Assembly (NCBI GenBank): GCA_038496445.1
Contig: JALMLS010000325.1
Location: 12,436-76,435, forward strand
Length of the DNA: 64,000 bases
Reading direction: 5' to 3'
Source: Trichosphaerium sp. ATCC 40318
Lineage: Eukaryota > Protista > Tubulinea
A model generated the notes under the pieces. That model had not been told where the DNA came from. It searched no databases and saw only the letters and a list, made by a program, of their open reading frames with translations. Positions 48,405 through 60,882 of the stretch are shown piece by piece. Numbering within the stretch: the stretch's first letter is position 1; the number at the start of each line of letters is the position of its first letter. Made by a program: the position numbers and the translations under genes.

Positions 48405-50902
48405 TTACTCAGCTGTTTTTTTGACTTCTCCTGATTTTTTAAGCGTTGCATAATGTCTGAATGAAAAACCAGCAAAAGCGTACTTAAGTACATAAGCATC
48501 ACCCCCTTCTGTAGTGCCTACAGACGAAATAAGAACAATAAACAAACAAAAGAAGAATTCTACAAAAAACAAGCTTTAACCAACTACGCACCTCCTTCCT
48601 TAAGGTCTGTTCTAGCAGAAAATTGTCCTAAGTATGCCCCAGGTTCACTATCATCCTCTAGCAACTCATCAAGGTTACCAAGCTCGCCAGAGTCCATATC
48701 GTCATTTACAAAGTAAGATGTGTCAATATCACTCTCAAGCTATGTATACATTAGTTTTTAGGCGTTTTGCGAAGGTTCAATGGGTTAGACGAACTGCATA
48801 ATCAAAAATCGACTACATTTACTTGAAAGAAGCATACCTCTGGTATAAACGGAGGTTCCAAGTTGCGAACCTCTTCCCACTCAATATCAGCGAAAAAAGG
48901 ATGATTTTGAACATCTTTGAATCCATTTGTAGCGCCAATACGAGTATCGGATGAACAAATTAATCTAGTCAAGGAGTGTTACAACGATTCTCATTGAGAT
49001 TCCTTACTTGGTCAATAAATCCCATGCTTCGTCTGAAATTTGGATATCAGCGCCTTCAGCATCGCCATACTTCTCATGAAGGTCACGCACAAGAGATTTA
49101 TTATAGTTTCTAAAGCAAGTAAATATAAGGTCACTACGTGTAAAGCTTTCTGCTTCAAATTAAGAAAATACGAACACAATGTTGCTGAAAACGTCAATTA
49201 TAGTGTCTGCAATGAACGGTGTGATACCAAACAGCATTTCATAAAATATAACACCCAAAGACCAGTAATCTACAACAGAACTGTACCCCTAGATCTCTAT
49301 TAAATAATAATGATCTTATAGCTATCTAAAAAGAAATAAGCGCTTACTTCACCATCAAGAATCTCTATCGCCATATACTCCGGTGAACCAACCATAGAAT
49401 ACGCCTAAAACAATTAACAAGTTGTTTAAAACAAACAATCACCAAACACGTACTCTAGATTTTCGTCTAGGTCCTCGTTTTGTTGTAGATCCTAATGTGT
49501 CACTCTTTCTTCTCTACAAAGACATTAAAACAATGGCATACGTCAAATTGGGAGGTTCAAAAAAAACACATACAGAAGAGAATGTCTTGAAACTAGCCGA
49601 ATTATAGAAAGAAGACGCCATTCCTTGCTTAGAAAGTCCAAAATCAATTAATTTCAAATGCCCGCTTGCATCGACCATAAAGTTATCAGGTTTAAGATCC
49701 CTTGTACCCAAGTAAGTATAGAACAGATCACAAAAGGAATTAAAACAAAACGGAATTAAAACAAAAATGAAGGAACTACGCGGAAACCAAATAAAAACTG
49801 TACCTGTGGATGTAACCAAGCTTATGTAATGTATTAACAGCCAAGAACATCTCAGTAAGGAAGAACTTGGCAGCATCCTCAGGAAGACATCCAACATGAT
49901 CAAGCAAATGCTTAATATCTCCACCAGCAATATATTCCTTTAACAAACAGAGTAAGAAAGGGACCTTTGTGTCTACAAAAAACCAAAAAAAAAAATTCGC
50001 TCAGAAAAATAAACGCAAGCAGTTATGATGTAAACCCAAGCGTACCATAGCAAGGTATACATTCGCTTTGTCTTGGAACGAATATTTTAATTGAGTAAGC
50101 CATTCTGAATTCGTCTTTACCATTATATTACGCTCTTGTTTGACACGGTGTACCTTTAACAGAGTAAATAAATGATTGTAAAAAGCCAAATGTCAAATGT
50201 CATTTCAACAAAAATTGCTCGGTTTCTACACGCTAAACGTACTTCATTTTTAGCTACAAACCTCGATTTTTTCATCTTCTTTAACGCTAGGATCTCTTGA
50301 GTCTTTCTGTGGCGCGTCAAGTAAACTTCACCATAACCACCCTAGAATTTCGCTTTAGAATCACCCCATTGCGCGTGTATTTGCTTTATTAACACGTACC
50401 TTTCCAAGTAGAGCGAGCAAGTGAAAATCCTTTATTGTCATTCTGCTTCGTTTACGTCTCAAGTAGTTTGACTCCTTTCTAAAGTATCTTCGGGCGTGTT
50501 TTTGTCGTACTTCATCACTGTAATTATGGCGTTGGAGTTTTTGCTTAAAGTTTTGGTATCTAGCAGTGGCAAGCGAGTTAACGATAATCCATACATCGTA
50601 ATTACGCACCTTCTTTGACGGTGATTCAAATACGAAATTAATTCGGTGTAATATTGTCTTAAATACTCTTGAGTGGCAGCTACTTTCCTTACTGTATCTT
50701 CTGAAACTTCTAGATGCCTATCTGGAGCATCGGCAACAAAGTCACAATAACCATCATCAACTGCAGTTTAGTTAGTTTCGCACGCAAACAGCGCAGCGGA
50801 CGAAAAATAGGTGTGAAAGGTGCGATTTTGGTTCTAAATATACACAAACGCACGCTCGTGCTTTAGTACAGAATCAGTCTCGCCTTTACGAGGCTCTGCC
50901 AT
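48405..50902 (-). CDS. NDR/LATS/Dbf2-family AGC kinase
   Basis: MOB-binding N-terminal region [23 protein letters not shown]|GGYGEV, HR|[30 protein letters not shown], hydrophobic motif FAGFSF. Confidence 0.95.
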
Positions 50903-51267
50903 GTCTGTTGAGTACTTGTGTGATTAAAAAGTCGCTTAAAACGTGTTTGGCTTTCAAACTGTAAATCTCGTTTACCCCGTAGCGTATTTTCTCAATGGGC
51001 TGCCCTCCAATAAATCACCGTAATAAAAAGCTAACTTAAGCGCGTGATGACAAACTACCGCGGACTATACTCTATTAACCTGCTTGCTAGCGATGCCGTT
51101 ACCTCCAACCGTTTACTTATTTTAGACGTAGCCAGAAAACGCTAGTACAATTTTAACACCTACTATACTATTCTGGGTACATGTAATTGCTACCCAGCGT
51201 ACTTGGGTTTAGGTTGAATCCGAAACAGATTTTGCTGGCAAATTCCAGAAACTTCGTACGCTGCTAG

Positions 51268-53890
51268 ATGGAAACGAATCCTCTCATAGGCGGTTCTCAG
51301 AGTAACCTACGGTTGCGGTTGATATTTTTTGGGTTCGTTGCGTTCAATATCTTGTTGTTTATCTTAGTTATTGTTGCGCTCGCCAAAAACAACACAAAGG
51401 TAATTGTATACGCGTGAAAGACGTACTGAGAACCTTAGGGCAATATTGTATACAACGATTTGACAGCTTGTGTAGAAGTCAGTTTCAACAAGGATGATCA
51501 GGTTGCAGACCTTGCAAAAGGTCTTGTGGTTTCCATAGAAGATGGTATGACCTAGTGTACGCTTGTGTAACGGTATTTACTTAAATGTAGATAAAATCGT
51601 ACAAGGAGCTGGTGGTACTATTTACAGACACCCTAGTAGCCTAAACGTAGGTGAAAGTACACAATACGTTCAACTGGTTGGTACGTTTGTAGATATTAAC
51701 TTCTAATCACCTAACGAGTGCTAGCAATAACCGAATCGAACATTGTTTTGTTTTTTGTAGATGGTACGGCATTATTCTCAAATCTACCAGACTCTAACAC
51801 GCTCAAAAGGTACATTACGCGTGGCGCATGGAGAAATAGTTAACAGCGATATCCAATGGGACACCATTGTGGACCTTAAAGTTTCAGCGTACTCAATGCG
51901 CGTACGACCTTTATATGCATTCAAAACAACGCTAACACGATATATAAGGCCACGTTACTATCTACAGACGTAATTGTTATTGCTGAGAGCAAAGGCGTAA
52001 TGATTTATACGCCTTCAAATAAAACAATATCAGAAAAAATAGCTTACACCTCACCTGATGCTACTAGCATTGATACACGTGTATCGCGTCTAGAAGATAA
52101 CACTTTTGCATTGACATTCTTTATGGGTAATGAAAATGCTCTTCACACACGTGTAGGTGAAGTTAAAGGCAAAGGTAGGAGAAAGCTTTTCTTATTAATT
52201 TTTTCTCATTTTATTCTGAATTTGTAGATGTTGTCTGGAGTCCAATTGTTCGGTATTATGGTAATGCTGAGACTGCAGATGTAACACCTTTATCTGATTT
52301 TACATACTTGCTTACTTGGTACAATCAAACTCAAATGTTTGCTCAAGTAGCCAAGTACGAGAGGAATCAAGGTACACCTTTTTTTTTAATGTTGCACGAA
52401 AAAAAATTTGAAGCAAGTTCGTTTTGTGGTTGAATGCTAATTAATTTTTTTTAAGGCTCATTGAATCTAACACTTCACGAAATAACATCTCTAAATAATA
52501 TCCAACCAAATTACTTCTTTGACGCAGTACAGCTTCGCCCTAATATTGTAAGTAAATGCTATTTTTTTTTTGTAAATTTTTTTCACACGCACTTGTTTGC
52601 GCAACGTCGTACTCCCTGACAAATTTTTGTCTTAAGGTTGTTATTGTGTTTGACGATCAACAAAGAGATTATGCTATAACATCTGTTGTATTAAATTATG
52701 AGCAAGGCATTCCAGAGTTTGGATCAACTACATTGCTCAACTCAGGTATTGTTTTTTTTTTCTTTTCCTTTCTTGTTCTGGAACTAAATTTCTTTTGACC
52801 GTTTTATCCATGGTTGCTACAACTATGTGTGCCTAGTTTCTTTAATTTTAAGACACCGTAAAGCGACCAAAATGTAACAAAGTAAAATTTCTAAATTGCT
52901 TTCTTTTTCTTTAGGTGGAGCTGATGAGAGTTGGTCGTATATTGCCCTATCTAGACTAAGCGATTATGCTTTCGTATTTGTTTATCCTGATTACACAAAT
53001 GGAGATAGGATTACAGCTGTTGTAGCTAAGGTAAGATCAAAACCACCGAAAACCAGTCTTTTTTTGGTTTGACTTTTGCTTCAAGTTACTCACTTTTCTC
53101 ATTGTTTAGACAACTCATGATGATCGTATTACGTCTGTAACACCTGAGCTTGTACTATCATCTAAAAATCCAGACCCAAGAGGAAATGAATTTTACTTGA
53201 CAGCAACATCAGTTGTACGAGATAATTCTTTCTTGGTATGTTCTTATTTCTTTTTCAATTCTTTTTTTGTTAACTTAGCTGCGATATTTATTCGTTTTAC
53301 CCCTAGATTGCATATTCAGAGCAACGTAGAGGTTCAGTTAATGGCTTGAGTACAAACTTTGGTCAAATTTTAAACCCTCCACTTGGTGTTGTTATGGATG
53401 ATTCAGGACAAAAAGTATTTCTAAAATAATGAGCTAGTACGTATTTCTTAATGTTATTTCATAGGTTTCTGTTGCATCTGGAGGATTATGTTCAGTTCCA
53501 TCAATGTCACGAGGTAAGAGTTTTTTTTCGAAATAATCTTTTTTTTTTTTGGAATTTTTTCGGTTTGCTCTGTTTCTGAGATTCTTTGGTGCAATGCTTC
53601 GTACAAGGTATACTTATACTTATACTTAAGTATGCTCTACACGGTTATTGCATTTATTTTGTTAAAGACTGAAACAGTTGTTTGATTTTTCGTTTTGTTT
53701 TTTTTTTTTGTTTATTTTTTATGTAGGATTGGACTACTACGCTCTTACAAATGGATCAATTGTAGCTCATACTGGTGATGATTCCGTGATTGCACGTTAT
53801 GCTGATTATATTGATTTTGGAGATTTTTTGGTACTTGCTGAATCGAGGATTGGCGTTTCTGTAGAAACAGACAAACTGTTGTTTCAATAA
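51268..53890 (+). CDS. Type II membrane protein with a beta-rich extracellular region, many exons
   Basis: METNPLIGG...LIFFGFVAFNILLFILVIVALAKN (TM), then beta-strand exons (IALSRLSDYAFVFVY), ending YYALTNGSIV...IGVSVETDKLLFQ*. Confidence 0.7.
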
Positions 53891-54305
53891 GATAAACTAT
53901 AAAAATGAATAACAAAAAAAAAACTTTTCTCACACGTGCATGACCTGTTTATCTTTATATTTACAAAGACTTGCTTTCTAGTGTCATTTCGTACTAGTAC
54001 ATGTCGACATCGAGTTTTAACTACAGTTGGTTGTGTTGTATCTATTGTGAGCGAACTAAAGTCTATTGAGGTCCTATCGGATCAGATAAAAGTGACTAGA
54101 GGCGATTGGACATTAGTCTATGCAGTATGCAAACGGTTGCCAAACGTGTAAAACCAGACAGCATGAAGATCACGGAAAGCGCTTGTATTCTATTGTCTAC
54201 ACAATCTTCCGCCTACTGACCACTCTTTGCATCCTCCTTTGACTCTATCATTGACATATTGGCATTCAAGTTTTAATCGACCATTGCGGAGGCCTAAGTA
54301 TTATT

Positions 54306-55403
54306 CTAATTCTGTTGGGTAGGACTTAAAACTCGTTCTCCACTCAATCTTCCTTCTACGGACCACTCCTTGTATCTTCCTTTGAGTGTACCATTGACAA
54401 ACTGGCATTCAAGTTTTAATTGACCATTATCGTAATACTCTTTATACTCTCCATGAAGTTCATTGTGGCTGTAATAGCATTGCGTATCTATTTTTCCATC
54501 TCTGTACCATGTCTGGAACAACCCTTCTTTTCTACCATTGACATAGATGGCCAGTAGTTTCATCTTACCATTACTGTACCAGGTTCTATATGCACCTTTG
54601 ATTTTGCCATTGACATATTTTCGTTCACTCCTTAAACTTCCTGACTTATTAAACGCTCTGTACTTTCCATGTCGATTGCCTTTTGCATAGTTACACTCCA
54701 CTTTAACTTGACCATTTGAATGGAAACTCCTATACTTTCCCTCTTTGTTCCCGTGTTTGTAGGTAGCGTCTAATTTCAATATACTGTTATCATACCATTG
54801 CTTGCACTTTCCATGTCGTTTACCATGCACGTAATAATATTGTTTCATCAAGTTATTGTTTTCATACCATTTGTTATATTCTCCTTCACGTTTACCCTTC
54901 ACATAGTGACACTTGTACCACCTTCTAAACTCTCCTTGCTGTATATTATTGTCTGACAAACTTAGGTTCCTTATGGGACCAGTGCTGTACCACGTGATAT
55001 GTACTTTTTCTTGTTGTTCGAAATTGACCCAATGTAGCTTCTCAGTTGGTAGCCTGCGCAAGGACTCGGTGTTAAATTCTACGGGTACCCAAAGAAACTT
55101 GGTAAATAGTGCTAGTTCACCATGTATCCAGTGATGTACTTGTACAATATGTTCCTCTGGGTGATGGTGTGCAAAAATAATACGCTTTCTTTTCACCCAT
55201 TTGCCGTGCTTTTCGAGACGATCATCGAACCTTGTTAGAGCTATTTTTCTTGATAACATAGGCATCTTTACGTATGCTTCGTGGTGTTTATCCATGGTAT
55301 ATCGCAGTATCTCGGAAGGAATGCTCTGTAGGTATCTGTAGGTGCCTTTGTGTGTAGGTTCTAAGGATGAAAAGGAATCTCTAAAGTGCGCGTTCGTTGC
55401 CAT
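54306..55403 (-). CDS. F-box-like + MORN-variant repeat protein (365 aa), intronless
   Basis: LQSIPSEILRY...MPMLSR, then ~8 24-aa repeats such as YVNGRKEGLFQTWYRDGKI. Confidence 0.85.
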   Translation of the reverse strand: MATNAHFRDSFSSLEPTHKGTYRYLQSIPSEILRYTMDKHHEAYVKMPMLSRKIALTRFDDRLEKHGKWVKRKRIIFAHHHPEEHIVQVHHWIHGELALFTKFLWVPVEFNTESLRRLPTEKLHWVNFEQQEKVHITWYSTGPIRNLSLSDNNIQQGEFRRWYKCHYVKGKREGEYNKWYENNNLMKQYYYVHGKRHGKCKQWYDNSILKLDATYKHGNKEGKYRSFHSNGQVKVECNYAKGNRHGKYRAFNKSGSLRSERKYVNGKIKGAYRTWYSNGKMKLLAIYVNGRKEGLFQTWYRDGKIDTQCYYSHNELHGEYKEYYDNGQLKLECQFVNGTLKGRYKEWSVEGRLSGERVLSPTQQN

Positions 55404-56252
55404 TGAAGAAGTGTTGTTTTAGCAGTGTAAGTTTACAGATAAGGCTGCTTTCCAGATCAGTCCGGTTCGGGCCGTAAAACAGTTTCTGTGAAATGACCCG
55501 ATGTTTGATGATTATACTTCAATTCCTTTTTTCCCATTACTGTCTTAGATTAATCACGTGATCGGGTATAGTGTCTAACAAAAATACATCTCTGTTCGAA
55601 AGTCTTAAACTTTCTTGATTTCAGGCTGCCACGCCTTAAACTTACAGTAGCCTGCAAAGACTCAACGTAGTGACGATTAATACCTTTCATACGATTCTAT
55701 TCTCAAACGACACTTTTTACAAAGGTTCTATACGTATTGCGGTACGCCTTAGATACAGCTGTGCACCAAACTCTGAGGAGTCCTGGAGGGAAATCTTAAC
55801 AAATTAAGCTTGTTTGAGAGCAAAAGTCAACAGAAAATGAGCAACGGTACGATCACGTTTTTTTTGTATTGGCTTAATATCCATTGTAACTATAGAAGAG
55901 TCTCAAAATACGCGTAGAATATACCACACGGTAACATAGAAACCAGTGTAACTTGCATTTAAGCCTTTTCAAAATTTCACTTTTTTCACATTTGTTTCTC
56001 AAAAAGCCACTCTCGATTTACTTCATAACTCCACATCTTAAATCCCAACAACAAAATCTTTATATATACTATTGTTTCGCCTTGATATGCTTTGATTAAC
56101 ACGTACAACACATTGGACCAGTTTTTACAAAAACCGTGGGTAAACCACAATTTTTTTGCAACAAGAAATTACTTGGTTAAAAGAAAAATGTATTTTTTCA
56201 TCTAGTGGAGCATACGAATACTACAACTATAATATCTATACTTCTGCTTGAC

Positions 56253-56522
56253 ATGTCAAGACTAATCCGAGCAGTGCGAAAGTACGCTCGTAAAAAATAC
56301 AATTCTCTACTGGGCAGACCATTAGTGATTAAAGTCACGGTCACAGTCCCTAAAAGCATCCTGGTTAATACCAAACCAGACTACACCTACGCTCTGACTT
56401 GGGACCCACAGGTAGAAGACCTCTGCTACCCACCTACAGGCATATCAAATATCGTAACGATATCTAGCAATGACAAAGATCTAGCAAAAATGGCATTCGA
56501 AGGTGGAAGCCCAAGAATGTAA
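56253..56522 (+). CDS. Small hypothetical protein (89 aa) in the inverted-repeat arm
   Basis: ATG ORF MSRLIRAVRKY...GGSPRM*, intact in both arms and followed by an A-rich tract. Confidence 0.45.
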   Translation: MSRLIRAVRKYARKKYNSLLGRPLVIKVTVTVPKSILVNTKPDYTYALTWDPQVEDLCYPPTGISNIVTISSNDKDLAKMAFEGGSPRM

Positions 56523-56902
56523 AAAAAAAACCAAAAAAAAACCAAAAAAAAAAATTGCTTTCATTCGAAATTCTATTTGTTTGGAAGAACGTCTATGTAC
56601 ACCTAGAGTAATCATAAGATAGTCTAGCCATAGCTCTTGTGCTTTCTTCATCAATCATCTCTTATGGATGCACAAGCTTGCAGAGAAATTTTATGTGCAC
56701 GTGCACCTTCAAACATGTGATAAATCTCATATACACCTGCCGAAGCCTTCAAACCTGAATCTGTTTTTGCAAAATGGTTGGCTTTTCTAACTGTCTTAAA
56801 TGTAGCCACAGGTACATCAAAAATGCTTTTGCACACCTGACAGCAGTACACAGACATATGTACAGTTATTTTCTCTAGTAATTTAAACAATGTATTTTAT
56901 TA

Positions 56903-58147
56903 CTACATTTCTTTGTATGCACCATGTAACACCTCGATGCCCTTTTGTGTAATAAAGTTACATAATTTAGCATAAATTTCATGTACACCTACCAACGCCT
57001 TCAAACCTTCATCTGTTACATTTGTCCGTGATAAATCAATCTTGTGTACACCTGCCAAAAAAGCTATACCTTCATCTGTTACATCTGTACGTTCTAAATA
57101 AATCTCATGTACACCAGCCAGTGCCTTTAAACCCTCATCTGTTACATTTGTGTGCGATAAATCGATAACACGTGCACCTGCCAAAAAAACTATACCTTTG
57201 TCTGTTATTGATAAACAATTAAATAAGCTGATAGTATGTACACCAGCCAATGCCTTTAAACCCTCATCTGTTACTGTTGTCTCTGCTAATTCAATAATAT
57301 GTACACCGGCCAATGCCTTTAAACCCTCATCTGTTATGTTTGTATGTGATAAATCAATAGTATGTACACCGGCCAATGCCTTTACACCTTCATCTGTTAC
57401 TTTTGTACGTGATAAATCAATAGCATTTACACCGGCCAATGCCTTTACACCTTCATCTGTTACTTTTGCCTGTGATAAATCAATAGCATTTACACCAGCC
57501 AATGCCTTTAAACCCTCATCTGTTACATTTGTGTGTCTTAAATTAATATTATGTACACCGGCTAAAGCCATGATGCCTTCATCTGTTGCTTTTGTACGTG
57601 ATAAATCAATAGTATGTACACCAGCCAATGCCTTTAAACCCTCATCTGTTACTTTTGTCTCTGATAAATAAATAGTATGTACACCAGCCAATGCCTTTAA
57701 ACCTTCATCTGTTACTTTTGTACGTGATAAATCAATAGTATGTACACCAGCCAATGCCTTTACACCTTCATCTGTTACTTTTGTACGTGATAAATAAATA
57801 GTATGTACACCTGCCAATGCCTTGATACCATCATCTGTTATTGACTGACAGTTATCTAGGTTGATAGTATGTGCTCCTGCGAGGAGTTTCAGATAGTTGT
57901 CATTCACGTGCTCTCTAAAGTTTCGAAAAAAAGAGATTTTGGTATTCTTCAGCAAAGGACTTCCTGAAAGGATTTTCGCTGCGCTTTCAGATTTGACAAA
58001 TATTTTGCCGTATCCGATGATATTATGGACGATATCACGTAATAAGCGGCACGTCTGCGCTGAGCGCAGTGTAAATGTTCCTTGTTTGAGAATATGAGCG
58101 ATTACTTCGACTGGGAGTGCTACAAGCTCAGTCGCGGTATTTTCCAT
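56903..58147 (-). CDS. F-box + LRR protein (~414 aa)
   Basis: N-terminus nearly identical to the 19891 copy; ~15 LRR units. Confidence 0.85.
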   Translation of the reverse strand: MENTATELVALPVEVIAHILKQGTFTLRSAQTCRLLRDIVHNIIGYGKIFVKSESAAKILSGSPLLKNTKISFFRNFREHVNDNYLKLLAGAHTINLDNCQSITDDGIKALAGVHTIYLSRTKVTDEGVKALAGVHTIDLSRTKVTDEGLKALAGVHTIYLSETKVTDEGLKALAGVHTIDLSRTKATDEGIMALAGVHNINLRHTNVTDEGLKALAGVNAIDLSQAKVTDEGVKALAGVNAIDLSRTKVTDEGVKALAGVHTIDLSHTNITDEGLKALAGVHIIELAETTVTDEGLKALAGVHTISLFNCLSITDKGIVFLAGARVIDLSHTNVTDEGLKALAGVHEIYLERTDVTDEGIAFLAGVHKIDLSRTNVTDEGLKALVGVHEIYAKLCNFITQKGIEVLHGAYKEM

Positions 58148-59013
58148 CTGTTTGTTCGACACTTATTTCTTTAATTATTGCCTAAACAGATTGCTGCTTT
58201 GCTGCTATTGGTGCGCCCGCCAATTTTGCCGTTCAGGATAAAAAAAACTGAAGCGGTATGTAGTCAACCGCGTTCTTACCATTTAACTCTATTAATAGTA
58301 AGACAAGTTTAAACGATAGCTAAAAACCATATGCCAAATAGAAGTCGACTAGTATAGGATTTGTCCTGAAATAACGCTATTTTGTTTTAGTGTTAAGCCT
58401 GATTTTTCGGGATGGTTTTTGAGCATAGGTAGCCTTGTGCAAGTCTGCAAGCTATACCATTAGTGTATCCTTGTGGAGTAATTTATATAAGCATAAAAGT
58501 AGAAAGTCACGTGCGTGCTAGGAGGCACCTTTGGATACGTGTAGACAGGATCAAGTTTTGTACACTTATTTTTACACTTCAAAGTGTAAGATCTTACAAG
58601 AACTAGCAGATCTGTTTTTAGCTAGTTCTGGCAAGTTCTGTCATGATCTATTAAGGTACAATACAATATGAGTTCATCACATTCCACAACTCCAGTAAAT
58701 GTACCTTAACAAAAACCCTTGTCGGGTTTCATTTTCAGGACATTTTTTTCTTGTTAGCATTTGCGTTGCAGTTATCTGTGTGTGTAAGGTATTCAATACT
58801 AACGTTCTTGTTCCAAATAAAAATACTCAAAGTGCTAGCAAACTTGAATATGTGAATTGGGAAAAAAAGGGGATTGTGGTTATCACACGTGGTATTTATA
58901 ATTTTTCCTTTATTAAAACTTGTTTAAAATGACTCTTTGTTTGGGCATACTTACAAATCAAAACCCTTTGCTAACATCTACTGTACTTCGAAACTATCTG
59001 GTAAATAGGACTA

Positions 59014-60108
59014 TCATTGATTTATTGGTACATATATGATACCCATCGACTCAACAGCCTCTTTTGTGATTCTAGACGTAGCCACCTCTGTGAAACGTTT
59101 TAGAGATTTTAAGTGTTTCAAACAACCATTTGTTATCTTGGTACATCCACCCAGTCTGAGATGCTCAAGGTTGAACAATGTCTCAAAGCTCAAGTCTGTT
59201 ATTTGAGGGCACATGACAAGCTCAAGGTGCTTGACATTCGTCAATGCTTTGATTGCGTCATCTGTCAACATGTTCCCAAAGTGAATAGAAACAGAGTGTA
59301 CGTTGCAAAGGTGTGTGAGAAAGGAGTCGTTTTTTGGACAGCTGAGGTGAATGTCATGGACATCTTTGAGTGCTTTGAATCCTTCAGCAGTAATATTCGT
59401 ACAATTGTCGATGTTAATGGTGTGTACACCTACAAGACTTTTCATCGCTTCATCTGTCACGTCAGTGAGATAAAGGTTAATAGTATGAACACCTGCAAGT
59501 GCTTTTACACCTTCATCTGTCACTGTAGTACATGAAAGATCAATAGTATGAACGCCTGCAAGTGCTTTTACACCTTCATCTGTCACTTCAGTACATGAAA
59601 GATTAATAGTGTGAACGCCTGCAAGTGCCTTCAATGCTTCATCTGTAACTTTAGTATATGAAAGATCAATAGTGTGAACACCAGCAAGTGATTTCAGTCC
59701 TTCATCTGTGACATTTGTGTTCCTGAGATAGATTGTATGAACTCCTGCGAATAGCGCCAGAATCTTGGCTGGAGGAAAAAAATACTTATCAGCCAATAAC
59801 TTGATTTTTGTGTGTTTAATGATTCCTTCGTGTTTTGCAGCTTTTCTTGCTTGTTCTTTTGTTGCTATACTTATACTGTGGTAACCAACAATGTCGTGAA
59901 TGATAGAAGAGATGATACGACACGTTTGACACACAGCAAATCGGTCTTTTGTGAGAGTCAAAATCGTAGCCAGAATCTCATTAGGTATGTCCAATAACGT
60001 TTTTTGACCACTACAAACGTTATTTTAGGTCATAACAATTAATTACCTTATATTTGATGTATCAGACGCTAATTTAACCTGTGTTTTATTGCTTTTTGCG
60101 TGGTCCAT
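59014..60108 (-). CDS. F-box + LRR protein with one 5' intron
   Basis: Exon 1 MDHAKSNKTQVKLASDTSNI (60047-60108), phase-2 intron 60011-60046, then LLDIPNEILATIL and VTDEGVKALAGVHTIxLS repeats. Confidence 0.8.
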
Positions 60109-60379
60109 GGTGACTTCGTACTTTTCACGTGCTTTTTATTTCAGGGAAAACTAGCCAATGAATACAAAAGACTACAATTATCTAGTGATTTTTCTAGACA
60201 AAAAAAAATCAATTGTCACGTGTGGTAACATCCTTAAAGGCTAGGTTAAAGAGATTCAATGTATTACACAATACGTGCATGCTAATACAAGTAGTCATCG
60301 AAGTCCACGCTGTCCTGCAACTGTAACCTATACACCGTTTTGACTTAGAATTTATTTGTCTTCACGTAGAGATTATGTT

Positions 60380-60490
60380 CTTGTACATCAAAGATTTGAA
60401 GGCACTGAACACTATCGATTTTTGACATTATAAGATAACAGAAGATAGTTTGCAGGAGCCCATATATTGACTGTACACCATCTGATTGCC
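60380..60490 (+). pseudogene. Short decayed LRR remnant
   Basis: KDLKALNTIDF*..ITEDS..AGAHI similarity to family repeats. Confidence 0.4.
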
Positions 60491-60882
60491 CAAAAAAACA
60501 ACCAAACGAAAATTACTTTTCATTAAGTGTAGTACTTAATTACTTTTTAAGTACTATCTTTACAGTAACAACCACCCCAACATGGTACCCACACCAACAA
60601 GTTACCATACTAACCAATATTTGAAGCATATGATGCATTTTACTTCTGGAAAGGTAGGAACAAAGCTACATGGCGTAGAAACAGAATACACCACTCACGG
60701 GGTACTTTCACCTTTAAATAGAACATTTAACTAACAGTTGCGTTCTAGAAGATAAGAGTACGCTGTTTATTTCATAATGAAGCCAAGGAAGCTATTGGTA
60801 AGGAAGAATTAGACATAGAAAGTCCCACGTGATTAAGCAGATGACATCAAACTAACAAATGAGTGTTCACCCTTGTTTTTAG

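Larger units (their letters stand above)
54122..57176. repeat. Left arm of a >=3.05 kb inverted duplication
   Basis: Near-identical reverse complement of 60951-64000. Confidence 0.95.

Noticed and set aside
56651-56890. 79-aa ORF (and its 61271-61477 copy) as an independent gene
   Set aside because: Made of decayed LRR tail sequence already recorded as pseudogenic.
57000-57860. CRISPR-like or DGR-like repeat array
   Set aside because: The 63-bp units are in-frame LRR codons with no unique spacers, no cas or reverse transcriptase gene, and no evident adenine-only variation.
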